A stretch of 64,000 nt of DNA from Verrucomicrobiota bacterium (lineage in GTDB: Bacteria > Verrucomicrobiota > Verrucomicrobiia > Limisphaerales > AAA164-E04): the NCBI GenBank assembly GCA_047947115.1, contig CP170459.1, positions 640,001 to 704,000 on the forward strand, read 5' to 3'. A program made the position numbers and the translations under genes. Positions 9,259 to 20,047 of the stretch are shown one piece after another. The notes under the pieces were generated by a model, which worked only from the letters and a program-made list of their open reading frames with translations, was not told the DNA's origin and made no database searches. How positions within the stretch are numbered: the first letter of the stretch is position 1; every line of letters starts with the position of its first letter.

Positions 9259-11583
9259 CTACATTGACGCCTCAACTTCATCCAGAATACGTTGAAAATT
9301 CGGAATATCGATCGGCTTCACCATGTAATCCGCCGCACCGGCGGCTTTGAGGCGTTTGATTTGTGATGTCGTTGCATCCGCACTGAGTATGTAAACAGGG
9401 ATCCTTTTTGTCATCGGGTGGGATTTCAACAAATGTAGCACTTCGTCGCCATTGATATCCGATAAATTGAGATCCAGAAAAACCACATCAGGCACATGTT
9501 GGCGTGCCAAGTCGTACCCCTGACGCCCCTGAATCGCGGTCATCAGTCTGACTCCACCTCGCTGTTCAACGACTTGTTCGATGAGAGCCAGATTATCGGG
9601 GTTGTCTTTCACATACAAAGCCAGCAACCGGTGGTTGCTCTTTTTATCTATCGCACAGGAAGGAGAAGTCATTTCCTGTTGAATCGAGGGATTTTCTTCC
9701 GAGACCAATCTGTCAGGACAACAGAGTTCGACATAGAACCTCGTTTCTTGCCCGATAATGGAGCGAGCCCATATTTTCCCACCCATAGCTTCCACAAGAT
9801 TTTTGGAAAGAGCCAGCCCCAACCCTGTCCCTTCCACCTTATATTGATCACGCTCGGCATCCAGCCGATCAAAGGGTTGAAACAATCGCTTGAGCTTTGA
9901 TTCAGGGATGCCTTCCCCGGTGTTTTCGATGATAATCCTGACCCGGCCCTCTGAGACATGCTCGCAATACATACCAAGTGTTCCGTGATCGCGATTGTAT
10001 TTGATTCCATTGGATGCCAGATTCAGGAAGACCTGACGCAGTCGCTGCTTGTCGGCCAGCACTTCCAGGCCAGGCTGCCTCTTTTCTTGAAATCGAAGAG
10101 TCACATTCAACTCCGTCGCCATGGGACGTACCAAGTCACCCACTTCATAAAGCAAATCCTGCAGATCAATCTGTTCCAGACTGAAGCTGAAATTTCCGGT
10201 TTCAATTCGTGAAATGTCCAATATTTCATTGATCAGGTCGAGCAGATGCAGACCTGCCTGATGAATGCGATGAATATTCGTTTCCGCTTTGCCGGTGAGC
10301 CCGGACATGGACAACAATTTCGAAAACCCGATAATGCTGTTCAGCGGTGTCCTCAACTCATGACTCATTCGTGAAAGAAACTCACTCTTTGCCTTGTTTG
10401 CCTTTTCCGCTTCATCACGCGCGGCGCGCAACGAGGCTTCCTTGGCCAGGGAATCGGTCACATCCACCAGCACCCAGATGAAGTGTGTCAACCGACCGGA
10501 GGCATCCAACACGGGGGCAATGCTGATATCGTTCCATAAAGTCCTTCCATCTTTTCGATAGTGAAGCATGGTCACTTTGCAATCCTGCCCCTTTGATATT
10601 GCACCCGACAATGTTTCCACTGTTTCCGACTTGGTTTCCGCACCCTGTAGAATCCTCATGCTGTGTTGGAGAAGTTCTTCTCTGGACCAAAGACAGGATT
10701 TTACCATGGCCTCGTTGCAATATATGATTTGTCCATCCTTTACCCGGGTGATCACGACACTGTTGAATGCTGAATTCAGAGCGCGATCACTCAAATCCAA
10801 TTCACGCGTTCGTTCCGCGATTTTTTGCTCCAACAATTCCTGAGACTGGTTCAGCTCCAGGTTTTGGGTTTCGATTCGGTCCAGCATGTCATTAAAATGC
10901 CGGATCAGCTGGCCTATCTCGTCATCTCGCATCTGCACCGCCCGCAGTGAATAATTCTTCTGCTTTCCAATCTCCGTCGCCACCGAGATCAGTTGTTCCA
11001 CAGGACGGGCAATTCGCCGCCCCAGAACCAACGCAATCAACATGGACAATCCGGTGGCAAGCAATCCGGCAATCAGCCCACTCTGGAGGAGCCGTTTGAA
11101 ACGGGAGTATATTTCCGCTTTGTCGTGCATTAAATACACCGTGCCCACCGTTTCCCCAGTGGCAAGTGTGACTGAGCGAAAAATTTCAATGGACATATCG
11201 GATTCGAGGATTTGCTCATTTTGAACAATTGGAGGTTTGAATGAAATAAATGTCTTGCGAGAGCGATATGCAAAAACCCTGCCCTCCTTGTCGTAAATCA
11301 CCATGGCCATGATGGCGGGGTCATTCAGCATGGAGTCAAATCCGGCATCCACTTCACCCGTTCCGGCAAGATCCCCCAAATCCAACACCACCTCGCTGAA
11401 GTGAATCATCATAGCGGCATTGACTTTAACTTTCTCCAAGAGTTGCTGCTTTTGAGAACGAAAATTCAGGAACGATGCTATTGCGATCGTGGCCACCACC
11501 GACGACAAGGTCACCATACCCAGCAGCACAAATATTTTGCCCCTGAGTGTTCGGAGAATGGATGGTCGGTATCTAGTCATCAA
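9259..11583 (-). CDS. Membrane hybrid histidine kinase: CHASE8-like periplasmic domain, HAMP, PAS, HisKA, HATPase, REC
   Basis: Two TM helices; DPAIMAMVIYDKEGRVFAY and GETVGTVYL (YfiN/CHASE8-like); HAMP RDDEIGQLIRHFNDML; SHELRTPLN; REC. Confidence 0.9.
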   Translation of the reverse strand: MMTRYRPSILRTLRGKIFVLLGMVTLSSVVATIAIASFLNFRSQKQQLLEKVKVNAAMMIHFSEVVLDLGDLAGTGEVDAGFDSMLNDPAIMAMVIYDKEGRVFAYRSRKTFISFKPPIVQNEQILESDMSIEIFRSVTLATGETVGTVYLMHDKAEIYSRFKRLLQSGLIAGLLATGLSMLIALVLGRRIARPVEQLISVATEIGKQKNYSLRAVQMRDDEIGQLIRHFNDMLDRIETQNLELNQSQELLEQKIAERTRELDLSDRALNSAFNSVVITRVKDGQIIYCNEAMVKSCLWSREELLQHSMRILQGAETKSETVETLSGAISKGQDCKVTMLHYRKDGRTLWNDISIAPVLDASGRLTHFIWVLVDVTDSLAKEASLRAARDEAEKANKAKSEFLSRMSHELRTPLNSIIGFSKLLSMSGLTGKAETNIHRIHQAGLHLLDLINEILDISRIETGNFSFSLEQIDLQDLLYEVGDLVRPMATELNVTLRFQEKRQPGLEVLADKQRLRQVFLNLASNGIKYNRDHGTLGMYCEHVSEGRVRIIIENTGEGIPESKLKRLFQPFDRLDAERDQYKVEGTGLGLALSKNLVEAMGGKIWARSIIGQETRFYVELCCPDRLVSEENPSIQQEMTSPSCAIDKKSNHRLLALYVKDNPDNLALIEQVVEQRGGVRLMTAIQGRQGYDLARQHVPDVVFLDLNLSDINGDEVLHLLKSHPMTKRIPVYILSADATTSQIKRLKAAGAADYMVKPIDIPNFQRILDEVEASM

Positions 11584-11628
11584 TATCGGGCTCTCTAGAC
11601 CTCAGCATAACACCATGTATCACCTGAT

Positions 11629-13643
11629 TTAAAAATTCCACGCCAGTGTTCCATAAACTGACCGCTGGATTTCCGTACTTTGTATGGCAACATAAGGCTC
11701 GCTGAACTCGGAATGGCAAGGCGTTAACAGATTTTTGCCCATAATAGCCAACTCCAGGTTGGGTCTTGGCTGCCAAGCCAGCCTGACATCCAGAGCCCAG
11801 TACGATGGAATCACAATAGGCCCCAAACGAGAGGACTCAATGGCGCGCTCATCCACAAACCGACCAATCACATCCCATTTAACCGAATCCGATACATCCA
11901 GTCTCGATTGAAGATTCAGGATATGTCGAGGCGCTTCCGGAGGCTCGGTTGCCAAATAACCAGCCGGAGTTTCAAAGTCACTGAACTGAAGCGTATAGGC
12001 AGCCATCAGGCGCCACCAATCTGTCAGTTGCAATTGTGGAGCCAATTCAATTCCATAGGTTTCACCTTCCATACCATTCACGAATCCCGCCGACACACCG
12101 GTTGGAGACATCATCGAAAAACCTGTTGTAATCAGGCGATCATAGTCATTGAAAAAAAACGCGACATCCATGGAGAGACATGATCTCAAATTACCCCGGT
12201 ATCCCAGTTCATACGCAAACATGGTTTCCGTCTCAAGATCCCTGTTGCCGTGAAACAACAGAGGAACGCCCCCCCCGGATCGACCGTGACATCAAGATCC
12301 GTGCGGGAAGGAGTACGAATGGCCCGAGTCACAGCCCCCCACATCATGTGGTCGGCACTGGCATTGAACTGCAGCCGAGCACCCGGTTGAAATTCAAAAT
12401 GCGTGTATGAGTTGTGCTCGAACTTGGATCCGACCGTGAGTTCCCATTTATCGGGAATCAATGCCACGGTATCCTGAATAAAAGCGCTGAATAACCGGGT
12501 GGTTCGATGCGGGAGTGCATAATTTAAGGTCGTGGCATGAGGTGAAGCAACACTGTCATAAATTTGACGGTAACCCAAACCCCCGATCCATTGATGGGAG
12601 AGTTCATCTGGACCGGATAAGGTAAAATCAAAGTCGGTGACATTCTGGAGATCATGAACCATGACCGTATCGCGGTCGGATCGGTCGTGATATCCCTGTA
12701 AAGAAAGTCGGGCCCCGGATTCCAATTCATGCGTCACTCTACCCAGGAGATTTCCCCCTTGGATCAACATCAAATCCTTAACCGGAACCACTCCGGTGGC
12801 ACCGACCGGTTTGACATAAAATTCGTTGCGTTCGCGCAAACCATACATATCGCCCTGCAGCGTGACCTGAGTAAGCTCTGTGGGTTCCCAATCGAAACGA
12901 AACCCGCCTTTGCCTGATTCCGAATCATCATGGGCGGGTTGACCGTTTGGGAGGATCGATTCGTCGCCATTGAGATACTTGCCGTAAACGCGCAGATAAG
13001 CCTGTTCGGCTACCTGGACGCCATGGCGCAAGGCCAACATCCCTTGCAACTCGGAACCGTAACCTGCTTTGACGAGTGTGCCTTGTGTATCCCTTGCAGT
13101 CTTTGTGATGATATTGACCACCCCATTCATGGTGTTCGCACCCCATACTGCGGCACCTGGACCGCGGATGATTTCAATGTGTTCCACATCATCCAACACC
13201 ATGTCCACAGAGTCCCAATAGGTGCCGGCAAACAAGGGTGCATAGGCGCTCCTGCCATCCACCATGACAAGGGACTTATTGGCCAAATAACTGTTGAAGC
13301 CACGGATTCCAACGGCCCACGAGTTATTGCTGATCTGGGCGGCATCCACACCGGGCGCCATTCGCAGCGCCTCAGCAATAGAGGTAGCCCCACTTCGCTG
13401 AATGTCCGCCTGGGTAATCACGCTGACAGCTGCAGGAATGTCTCCCACTTTTTGGGGCGTGCGGGAAGCTATTTCAACGTGTACATCCAACAAGTCCTCA
13501 AGTGATAAAGACATCAGATGCTCGGTGAAATCATCATCAGCAAGTCTTTCCTGCTCCGATGCTCCCAGCGGATAAGCACAGAGCAACGTTATGGCCACCT
13601 GGGCGATACGCCTCCATCTGGAATGATTGTTTACATCTCTCAT
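11629..13643 (-). CDS. TonB-dependent outer-membrane receptor, frameshifted at a G8 tract (12269-12276)
   Basis: Signal peptide; LSLEDLLDV; plug PAAVSVIT...IRGF...LVMVDGR...IEIIRGPGAAVWGAN...GVVNIITK; barrel continues in ORF 11629..12258 ending YGTLAWNF (terminal Phe). G9 or G6 gives an uninterrupted DPGG(G)VPLLFHGNRDLE. Confidence 0.88.
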
Positions 13644-13743
13644 AACATAGGTTGGTTTAGTTGACAGATTGGTTGAAACGGGCATGCCTTCAGCCATTTG
13701 TTCAGTGACAAACAGCAATTGACAGAAACCGGGTAGGTGTTCC

Positions 13744-14421
13744 TCATGGATTTGTCCCCTTTTTGAGTTGGCGCGCCAGTTTGATCATCCGCGAATCAAA
13801 CCCCATCCCAGCGCTCTTTGCCGCATTCAAATCCAGGTCAAACCGCACCTGGCCATTCAACAGTAAAAAATTAAACATGCAGTTGGCATTTTCGCCTTCC
13901 CCAAAAGTAAGAATTCCTCGGTCATGGAATCTGGCGTGCCATTCCTGCCCCCCTGTTTTGTGATGATCATCCACAAAGAGAATGGAATACCCTTCTGCTT
14001 CGCTCAATGAAGTCACCTGCTTGACCTTCCAGATGACCTTCCCCACCTTCCTGTTGTGGATGGAACGCAGAAAGACGTTCAGGATTTGCTTATCTTCTGA
14101 CAAAACGGCCAGTGTGATTTCATGATCCTTTGCCGGATCCCGCCCCTTAGGCCAGGAAGTGTAGTCGGCTTTTTTGATGATCATGGCGGCCACTACCTCG
14201 TGAAATCCGCCCGAAATTGTATCAGCTGACACTGTCATGGGATAAATGCACCCGGACGACAACATCATCACCAAACAAAAAGTTACAATAGAAAACCCTG
14301 CTGCAACTCCGTTTCGGAACTTGCAACCGTCCAAAAACTTACCCGGGTTAACTGAATGCCCACACCTTGGCATGTTATAAGAATATGTCAGCCACAGAGC
14401 TGAGTGATAACACTCGACCAC
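13744..14421 (-). CDS. YfiR/HmsC family (DUF4154) periplasmic protein
   Basis: AAMII...YTSWP, SILFV, ILTFGE, FNFLLLNGQVRFDLDLNAAKSAGMGFDSRMIKLAR C-terminal signature; start uncertain (14421 or 14373). Confidence 0.85.
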   Translation of the reverse strand: MVECYHSALWLTYSYNMPRCGHSVNPGKFLDGCKFRNGVAAGFSIVTFCLVMMLSSGCIYPMTVSADTISGGFHEVVAAMIIKKADYTSWPKGRDPAKDHEITLAVLSEDKQILNVFLRSIHNRKVGKVIWKVKQVTSLSEAEGYSILFVDDHHKTGGQEWHARFHDRGILTFGEGENANCMFNFLLLNGQVRFDLDLNAAKSAGMGFDSRMIKLARQLKKGTNP

Positions 14422-14448
14422 TACCCATCGGGCATACTGACAAACTTT

Positions 14449-16050
14449 TTAAGATTCACTCTTGTTTACTACCTGAGTCATTGCTTTTCGTAAGGTCGAC
14501 AATTGTACCGGCTTACGCAAAACAACATCCACATTCCCGGGCTGTGCTCCATTATCCTTCATCTGGTCGGCGAATCCACTGATCATGATAATGGGTCCCG
14601 TCCAACCTTTTTTGCGGATGGAATGTGCCATTTGTTCACCATTGACCAAGGGCATGGCCTGATCAGTAATAATCAAATCAAACTGATCGGCATAAAAAGC
14701 AACCAAGCCTTCCCGCCCATTCTTTGCTTCGGTCACCCTGTGCCCGTCCTGAGACAAAAACTGCTCCACTATATCTCTTACCCTTTCATCGTCATCTACG
14801 AGCAACACGCTGAGGCTGTGATTAAGACATGTTCCGTTTTCAACGGCTTCCTCGTTTTTTCCCAGTGCCAATGGTATCCGCAGTCTGAAAGTAGTTCCAC
14901 AATCAGGAGCCGAATCTATTTCAATATGCCCCCTGTGCTTGCGAACCATTTCCTGCACCATCCCAAGTCCCAAACCGGTTCCATTCTCGCCCTTGGTGGA
15001 GTAAAACATCTCCAAACAACGGGATTTGACTTCCTCGCTCATTCCCGTTCCGGAATCAATGACCTCAATGACTCCATGTTCTCCCTGCCGGAATCCTTTG
15101 ATGGTAATCGTCCCTCCCTTTGGCATGGCATCCACCGCGTTGAAAAGGAGATTGGTGAGAATTTCCCTTAAGTTGGATGGTGTCATGCGGATTCGGGTGT
15201 TATCCACTTCAGTGGAAACGTGAACATGTCGCCCTTCGGACTGTGTCTGATCTCGCCATCGGGGACGTGTCAGGGATACAGCGCCTCGCACGGCGACATC
15301 CAGTTCAACCGTTGGCTCCTGATCATCCTCCTCACTGTAGGATTTATAAAATTCCCGCAGATGCCGTACGATACTTGAAGCATCCTCGGCTGCGGTACTG
15401 ATATTCTGAAATGCTTCCGTTAGCCTGACTTGGTCACTCATCAAGTCCGGAAAACTCAGATATAACTCCGAGTGCCCCATCATGACCGCGATGACATTGC
15501 TGAAATCATGGACAATTCCGCTCGCCATCTGCCCCATGGCCTTGTAGCGCTCCTGAGCCACCAATTCGCTTTGGAATTTCCTGAGTTCAGCGGTACGTTC
15601 CTGGACTTTTGTTTCAAGAAGATCGTTGTAGTTCTGGAGTTGAAGATGAAGCCGACGCGTGCGCAACAGGTTGGTGATACGAAGAATGGTTTCGGTGAAA
15701 TCATAGGGTTTGTTCAGAAAATCCATAGCCCCCAACTTTAAGGCACGTTCACGTGATTCGGGATTGATGTCGGCTGTCAGGACAATGACAGGTAAAAAAT
15801 CATCTTCGGAATGACGCTGCTTTATGTGTTCCAAAACTTCAAAACCGTTAAGGTAGGGCATGTGCAGATCCAGCAAGATCAAATCTGGCGAAAAAGATGT
15901 CAGGACCTCAGCGGCACCGCGGGAATCGGTTAGGCTGGTAAATTGCTCGAATCCGTTCAACTCCAACAATTGTTCCAACTGGTCAACATTGCTCGGATTA
16001 TCTTCTATTATCAGGATTCGCGAATCTGTTAAGTTTTCATTCATGGACAT
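14449..16050 (-). CDS. Cytoplasmic hybrid kinase REC-HisKA-HATPase-REC
   Basis: N-terminal REC LLDLHMP; GQMASGIVHDFSN H-box; NLLFNAVDAMP; GTGLGL; C-terminal REC ITDQAMP. Confidence 0.92.
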   Translation of the reverse strand: MSMNENLTDSRILIIEDNPSNVDQLEQLLELNGFEQFTSLTDSRGAAEVLTSFSPDLILLDLHMPYLNGFEVLEHIKQRHSEDDFLPVIVLTADINPESRERALKLGAMDFLNKPYDFTETILRITNLLRTRRLHLQLQNYNDLLETKVQERTAELRKFQSELVAQERYKAMGQMASGIVHDFSNVIAVMMGHSELYLSFPDLMSDQVRLTEAFQNISTAAEDASSIVRHLREFYKSYSEEDDQEPTVELDVAVRGAVSLTRPRWRDQTQSEGRHVHVSTEVDNTRIRMTPSNLREILTNLLFNAVDAMPKGGTITIKGFRQGEHGVIEVIDSGTGMSEEVKSRCLEMFYSTKGENGTGLGLGMVQEMVRKHRGHIEIDSAPDCGTTFRLRIPLALGKNEEAVENGTCLNHSLSVLLVDDDERVRDIVEQFLSQDGHRVTEAKNGREGLVAFYADQFDLIITDQAMPLVNGEQMAHSIRKKGWTGPIIMISGFADQMKDNGAQPGNVDVVLRKPVQLSTLRKAMTQVVNKSES

Positions 16051-16135
16051 CGTTTCGAAGCGATTCTAACCAAATATTTTCTAAGCACATATAAATTTGC
16101 TACAGCAAATGTCTCCCGATCACCCCACCCCCCGG

Positions 16136-17261
16136 TTAAACCACGGAAGAATGTATCTCACGGATTACTCTGCTTTTCACTTCTGAACTGCTCCCGTACA
16201 GGGGAATGGTCAGATAGCACTCCCGCTGACTGCCCGCAACAACCCGGATGCCCATCCCCCCCCCCATGAGCTTTGGCGACTGTTTCCCAAAATGCGTCAT
16301 CGCCGTCGTGGGAACCGGCCCCCTTCAGCTCCGCATGGGCCATCATCGATTCATTGATGGCGGAAGCCGTATCCGCGACAACACTCTGACTGCTCGAACT
16401 CCTCACGGACACTTCAATGCCCGGCCCCTGCACTCGCTTCATACGAATCCCAATCCTGGCTTTCCTGGAACTTTGCTTAATCACAGTTGTCATCATTTTT
16501 GTGAGCGCTCCCGTCAGAAGTTTCTTATCACCCACCATCCACGCCAGTGTGGAGTCCAATGTGCAATCCAATGTCAAATGTTTGTCGGCAAGCTCGCTGC
16601 CAAGCGACCGACAACATGTCTCCATCAACGAATCGGGTGAAAAGGTGGACAACTTCAATTCCAATGGAGGCGAAGCGATGGAGGAATGCGAATGGTCAAT
16701 GTCCCGACATATCTTTTCCAGTGTGGCGGTTGCAACATGAATGGCTTTCTTCATATCCACATCGACCGAGGAATCATTTTCTGTGACATCCCTACCCAAC
16801 ACCCGCATGGACGCATCCGGATCGTTCTGAGAAGCATAGTCGATCCTGGAATCCTCGCCTTCCCCACAATGACAGAGAGCCTCCAAATGACGCATGCGCA
16901 ACATATTCCGCACACGCTGCCGAATTAAAACCGAACCGGCAGGTTTCTCCAAAAAATCGTCAACACCCGCATCAAAGGCCCTGCCAAGCACTTCATTGTC
17001 AAGAAAAGCCGACGATAGAATGATTGGAACATGTATATTTTGGAAGCGTCTGCGGAATTGCTTCACAAATTCAATCCCGTCCATTTCAGGCATCATTAGA
17101 TCCACCACGACACAATCCGGCCCCAACAGCTCAAGCTCCTCCAAAACTTCGATTGGGGATGTGAAACAAACGACGGAACAGCCCATGGATTTCAGGACCG
17201 CTTTCAGACCGATTTGAACCAACGGTTGGTCATCAATGATGGCTACGATGTCTTGACTCAT
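16136..17261 (-). CDS. Response regulator with degenerate HATPase-like domain; C-terminus frameshifted at G10 (16256-16265)
   Basis: REC IIDDQ...VDLMMPEMDG...EKP; no H-box; GDKKLLTGAL resembles a degenerate N-box. G9 gives AHGGGMGIRV...YLTIPL with stop at 16136. Confidence 0.7.
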
Positions 17262-17535
17262 GATCCTTCTCCAACTTATCCAACACTCATTTAAGACCGG
17301 AGCAATTCTCTCATCCAGCCCTTTTTCGGAAGCATCGGATCATATGACAAAATCGTGACAAAAAGTATCTGGACGCACTAGGATATTTATAAGTTATAGT
17401 AGCTGCAGACGATGACAACCATTTCCAGCACACACTGATCACCACAAATAAAAACGGGAATGCCATGAGACCGGATCTCGCAGACACATCCGAAAGGAGC
17501 ACCTGAACGTAATACCTTTCAATACGGAATCACAC

Positions 17536-20034
17536 ATGAACGGATCAGGATCAATTGATTTTAAAAAGATTGCCGATCATGCCGATCAACCGGTCTTCTC
17601 GATGACCGCAGAGGGGAAAATCAACTATGCCAACCTGGCATTTCAAAAACTGATTTCAAGGTCGCAGGAGGAACTGATGGGAGTGGATTTTCTGGATCTC
17701 ATATCCCCCGACCACCAGGCGATCTGTATCACTCACTTCAAAGAAATGCTGACCCGCCCCACTTCCTCTCGGATTTCCACCTTATTGGAGGACAGCCAGA
17801 AACGGACCCATCCTGTTACAGCAACCTGCCATCCGGACCTGGGCACAAACAAGACGAACTCCATTTATGCATTTCTGGAAGATCAAACCGAACATATAAG
17901 AATCACTGAAATCGCCCACGTCCTTTCGGAGTCATTGCGATTCGCCAGTGAACCCATATTAATCACGGACGCAAATCTGGAGGAACCGGGTCCCCACATC
18001 CTTTTTGCCAACTCAGCCTTGGAAGAAATGATGGGCTACACGAGTTCCGAACTATCCAACCAGTCTCCAAGGATCTTCCAAGGAAGGGAAACTTCCACCG
18101 CATTCAGACGGCAGCTCAAAGAAACGCTTAAAGCAGGAAGACACTTCAGCGGCGAAACCATCAATTACACCAAACAGGGAACTCCAGTACCTGTTCGAAT
18201 GGAGATCGCCCCAGTCCGAAACAAAGAAGGCGCCATCACCCACTTTATCTCGGTCGAACGAAACATCAGTCTTCAGAAGCACCGGGAACTTCAGCTTCAA
18301 AAGGAAAAAGCATCGCTTCGGCATGATGTGGAATCCATCACGAGGGAGATGCGGTTGAAGATGGCAGCCATGGATGCCATGATAGAGGGACACGCCATTC
18401 TCAGGGATAGTTGCTTTATCTACGTCAATCAGGCACACGCAACTCTCTATGGATATGAGGCCAAGGAGTTGCTGGGGAATTCCTGGGAGATGCTTTTTGA
18501 CACATCGGAAAACAAACGCCTCGAGGCCGAAGTGATTCCCTTGCTGGAAGCCCGAAGGCACTGGAAAGGAGAAGTGTGTGGTTGCCAAAAGAGTGGCAGG
18601 TTGGTTCCCATTGAAATGCAATTGACTTACCTCGCGTCAGGGGAACTGGTCTGCACCAATCAGGACATCAGTGAACGTGTCCAGGCACGACAGGCTCTCT
18701 CCAGACAGAATAAAATGCTCTCAGCCATCTCAAATCTCCACATCCAGTACATGACACTGCCTGAGAACATGGCAGAAGGATATTCCAGTTTGCTGAACAT
18801 CCTGATCGAGACGACTCAGAGCGAGATGGGACTGATTGGAGAAGTCCAAACAGATGGGCTCGGAGATCCGCTCCTGATAACGCTTGCATTGAAGGGCATT
18901 TACCTGGATGAAACGGTCAGCCCTTACTGGCAGAAAACAGAAGATCAACAATTTGAATTCCGATGGCCCGACACGGCGCTTGGAGATTGTATCCGATCGA
19001 AGAAAACGATCACAAGCGACGACCCTGTGGACGATCCCACATCAATCGGACTTCCTCCGGACCACAAACCTTTGAGTTCGTTTCTGGTGCTTCCCATTAT
19101 CCGAGGAGAAGACATTCTGGGTATCATCATACTGGCCAACCGCAAACAAGGCTACCCCACAACAACTGTACATGAACTGGCCCCCGTTCTCACCACTTGT
19201 GGAAACATGATCGAGTCAGGCAGGCTAACAAAGGCGAGAGATCAGATTGCCGAGCAACTCAGAAGAAAAACACTGGAATTAAGCCAGGCCAACCTCAAGT
19301 TGCGACATTCCAATAAGATGAAAGATCAGTTCCTGGCGAGCATGAGTCATGAATTACGTACCCCCTTGGCTGGTATTCTCAATCTTTCAGAGGCCCTCAT
19401 GGAAAAAATCTACGGGCCATTAACTCCCCACCAGCTCAAGTATCTTAAAACGATCGAGGACAGCGGACGGCATTTACTGGACTTGATCAATGACATTCTG
19501 GATGTCGCCAAAGTTGAATCCGGACAAATGCATCTGGCATGGAACGAATACAACATTGCAGACGTGGTCGAAAGTGTGAGAAGACTGATCAAAGAAAGTG
19601 CTCAAAAGAAAAAGCACCGACTGAACTGCTTCGTGTCTGATCCGTCAAACCGTATTGTGACCGACCGTAAGCGATTGATTCAAATCCTGGTCAACCTCCT
19701 TTCCAACGCCGTCAAGTTCACACCGGATCAGGGTGTCATCGAACTGTCGGTGGATTACTGCGAGGCCAAGGATGCCTACACCTTCCTCGTTAAGGACAAT
19801 GGACCAGGTATTCCCAGAGATCATCACGACCTGATATTTGAGCCATTTTCGCAATTGGATGGCGGCCTGAACAGATCACATTCGGGCACCGGTCTGGGCT
19901 TGTCACTGGTCAAACAGTTTACCACGGCACTTGGGGGGCAAGTGGAACTGATTTCCGATCTGGGAAATGGCACGGAATTTAGAATTGCCATTCCTCGGAA
20001 ATTCAAGGATCCGATGGAGGTGTGCGAAATTTAA
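17536..20034 (+). CDS. Cytoplasmic PAS-PAS-PAS-GAF histidine kinase
   Basis: Three PAS repeats (INYAN, ILFAN, IYVN); GAF GLPPDHKPLSSFLVLP...LANR..GY; SMSHELRTPL; NLLSNAVKFT; GTGLGL. Confidence 0.93.
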   Translation: MNGSGSIDFKKIADHADQPVFSMTAEGKINYANLAFQKLISRSQEELMGVDFLDLISPDHQAICITHFKEMLTRPTSSRISTLLEDSQKRTHPVTATCHPDLGTNKTNSIYAFLEDQTEHIRITEIAHVLSESLRFASEPILITDANLEEPGPHILFANSALEEMMGYTSSELSNQSPRIFQGRETSTAFRRQLKETLKAGRHFSGETINYTKQGTPVPVRMEIAPVRNKEGAITHFISVERNISLQKHRELQLQKEKASLRHDVESITREMRLKMAAMDAMIEGHAILRDSCFIYVNQAHATLYGYEAKELLGNSWEMLFDTSENKRLEAEVIPLLEARRHWKGEVCGCQKSGRLVPIEMQLTYLASGELVCTNQDISERVQARQALSRQNKMLSAISNLHIQYMTLPENMAEGYSSLLNILIETTQSEMGLIGEVQTDGLGDPLLITLALKGIYLDETVSPYWQKTEDQQFEFRWPDTALGDCIRSKKTITSDDPVDDPTSIGLPPDHKPLSSFLVLPIIRGEDILGIIILANRKQGYPTTTVHELAPVLTTCGNMIESGRLTKARDQIAEQLRRKTLELSQANLKLRHSNKMKDQFLASMSHELRTPLAGILNLSEALMEKIYGPLTPHQLKYLKTIEDSGRHLLDLINDILDVAKVESGQMHLAWNEYNIADVVESVRRLIKESAQKKKHRLNCFVSDPSNRIVTDRKRLIQILVNLLSNAVKFTPDQGVIELSVDYCEAKDAYTFLVKDNGPGIPRDHHDLIFEPFSQLDGGLNRSHSGTGLGLSLVKQFTTALGGQVELISDLGNGTEFRIAIPRKFKDPMEVCEI

Positions 20035-20047
20035 AGCATCGGCCAGG

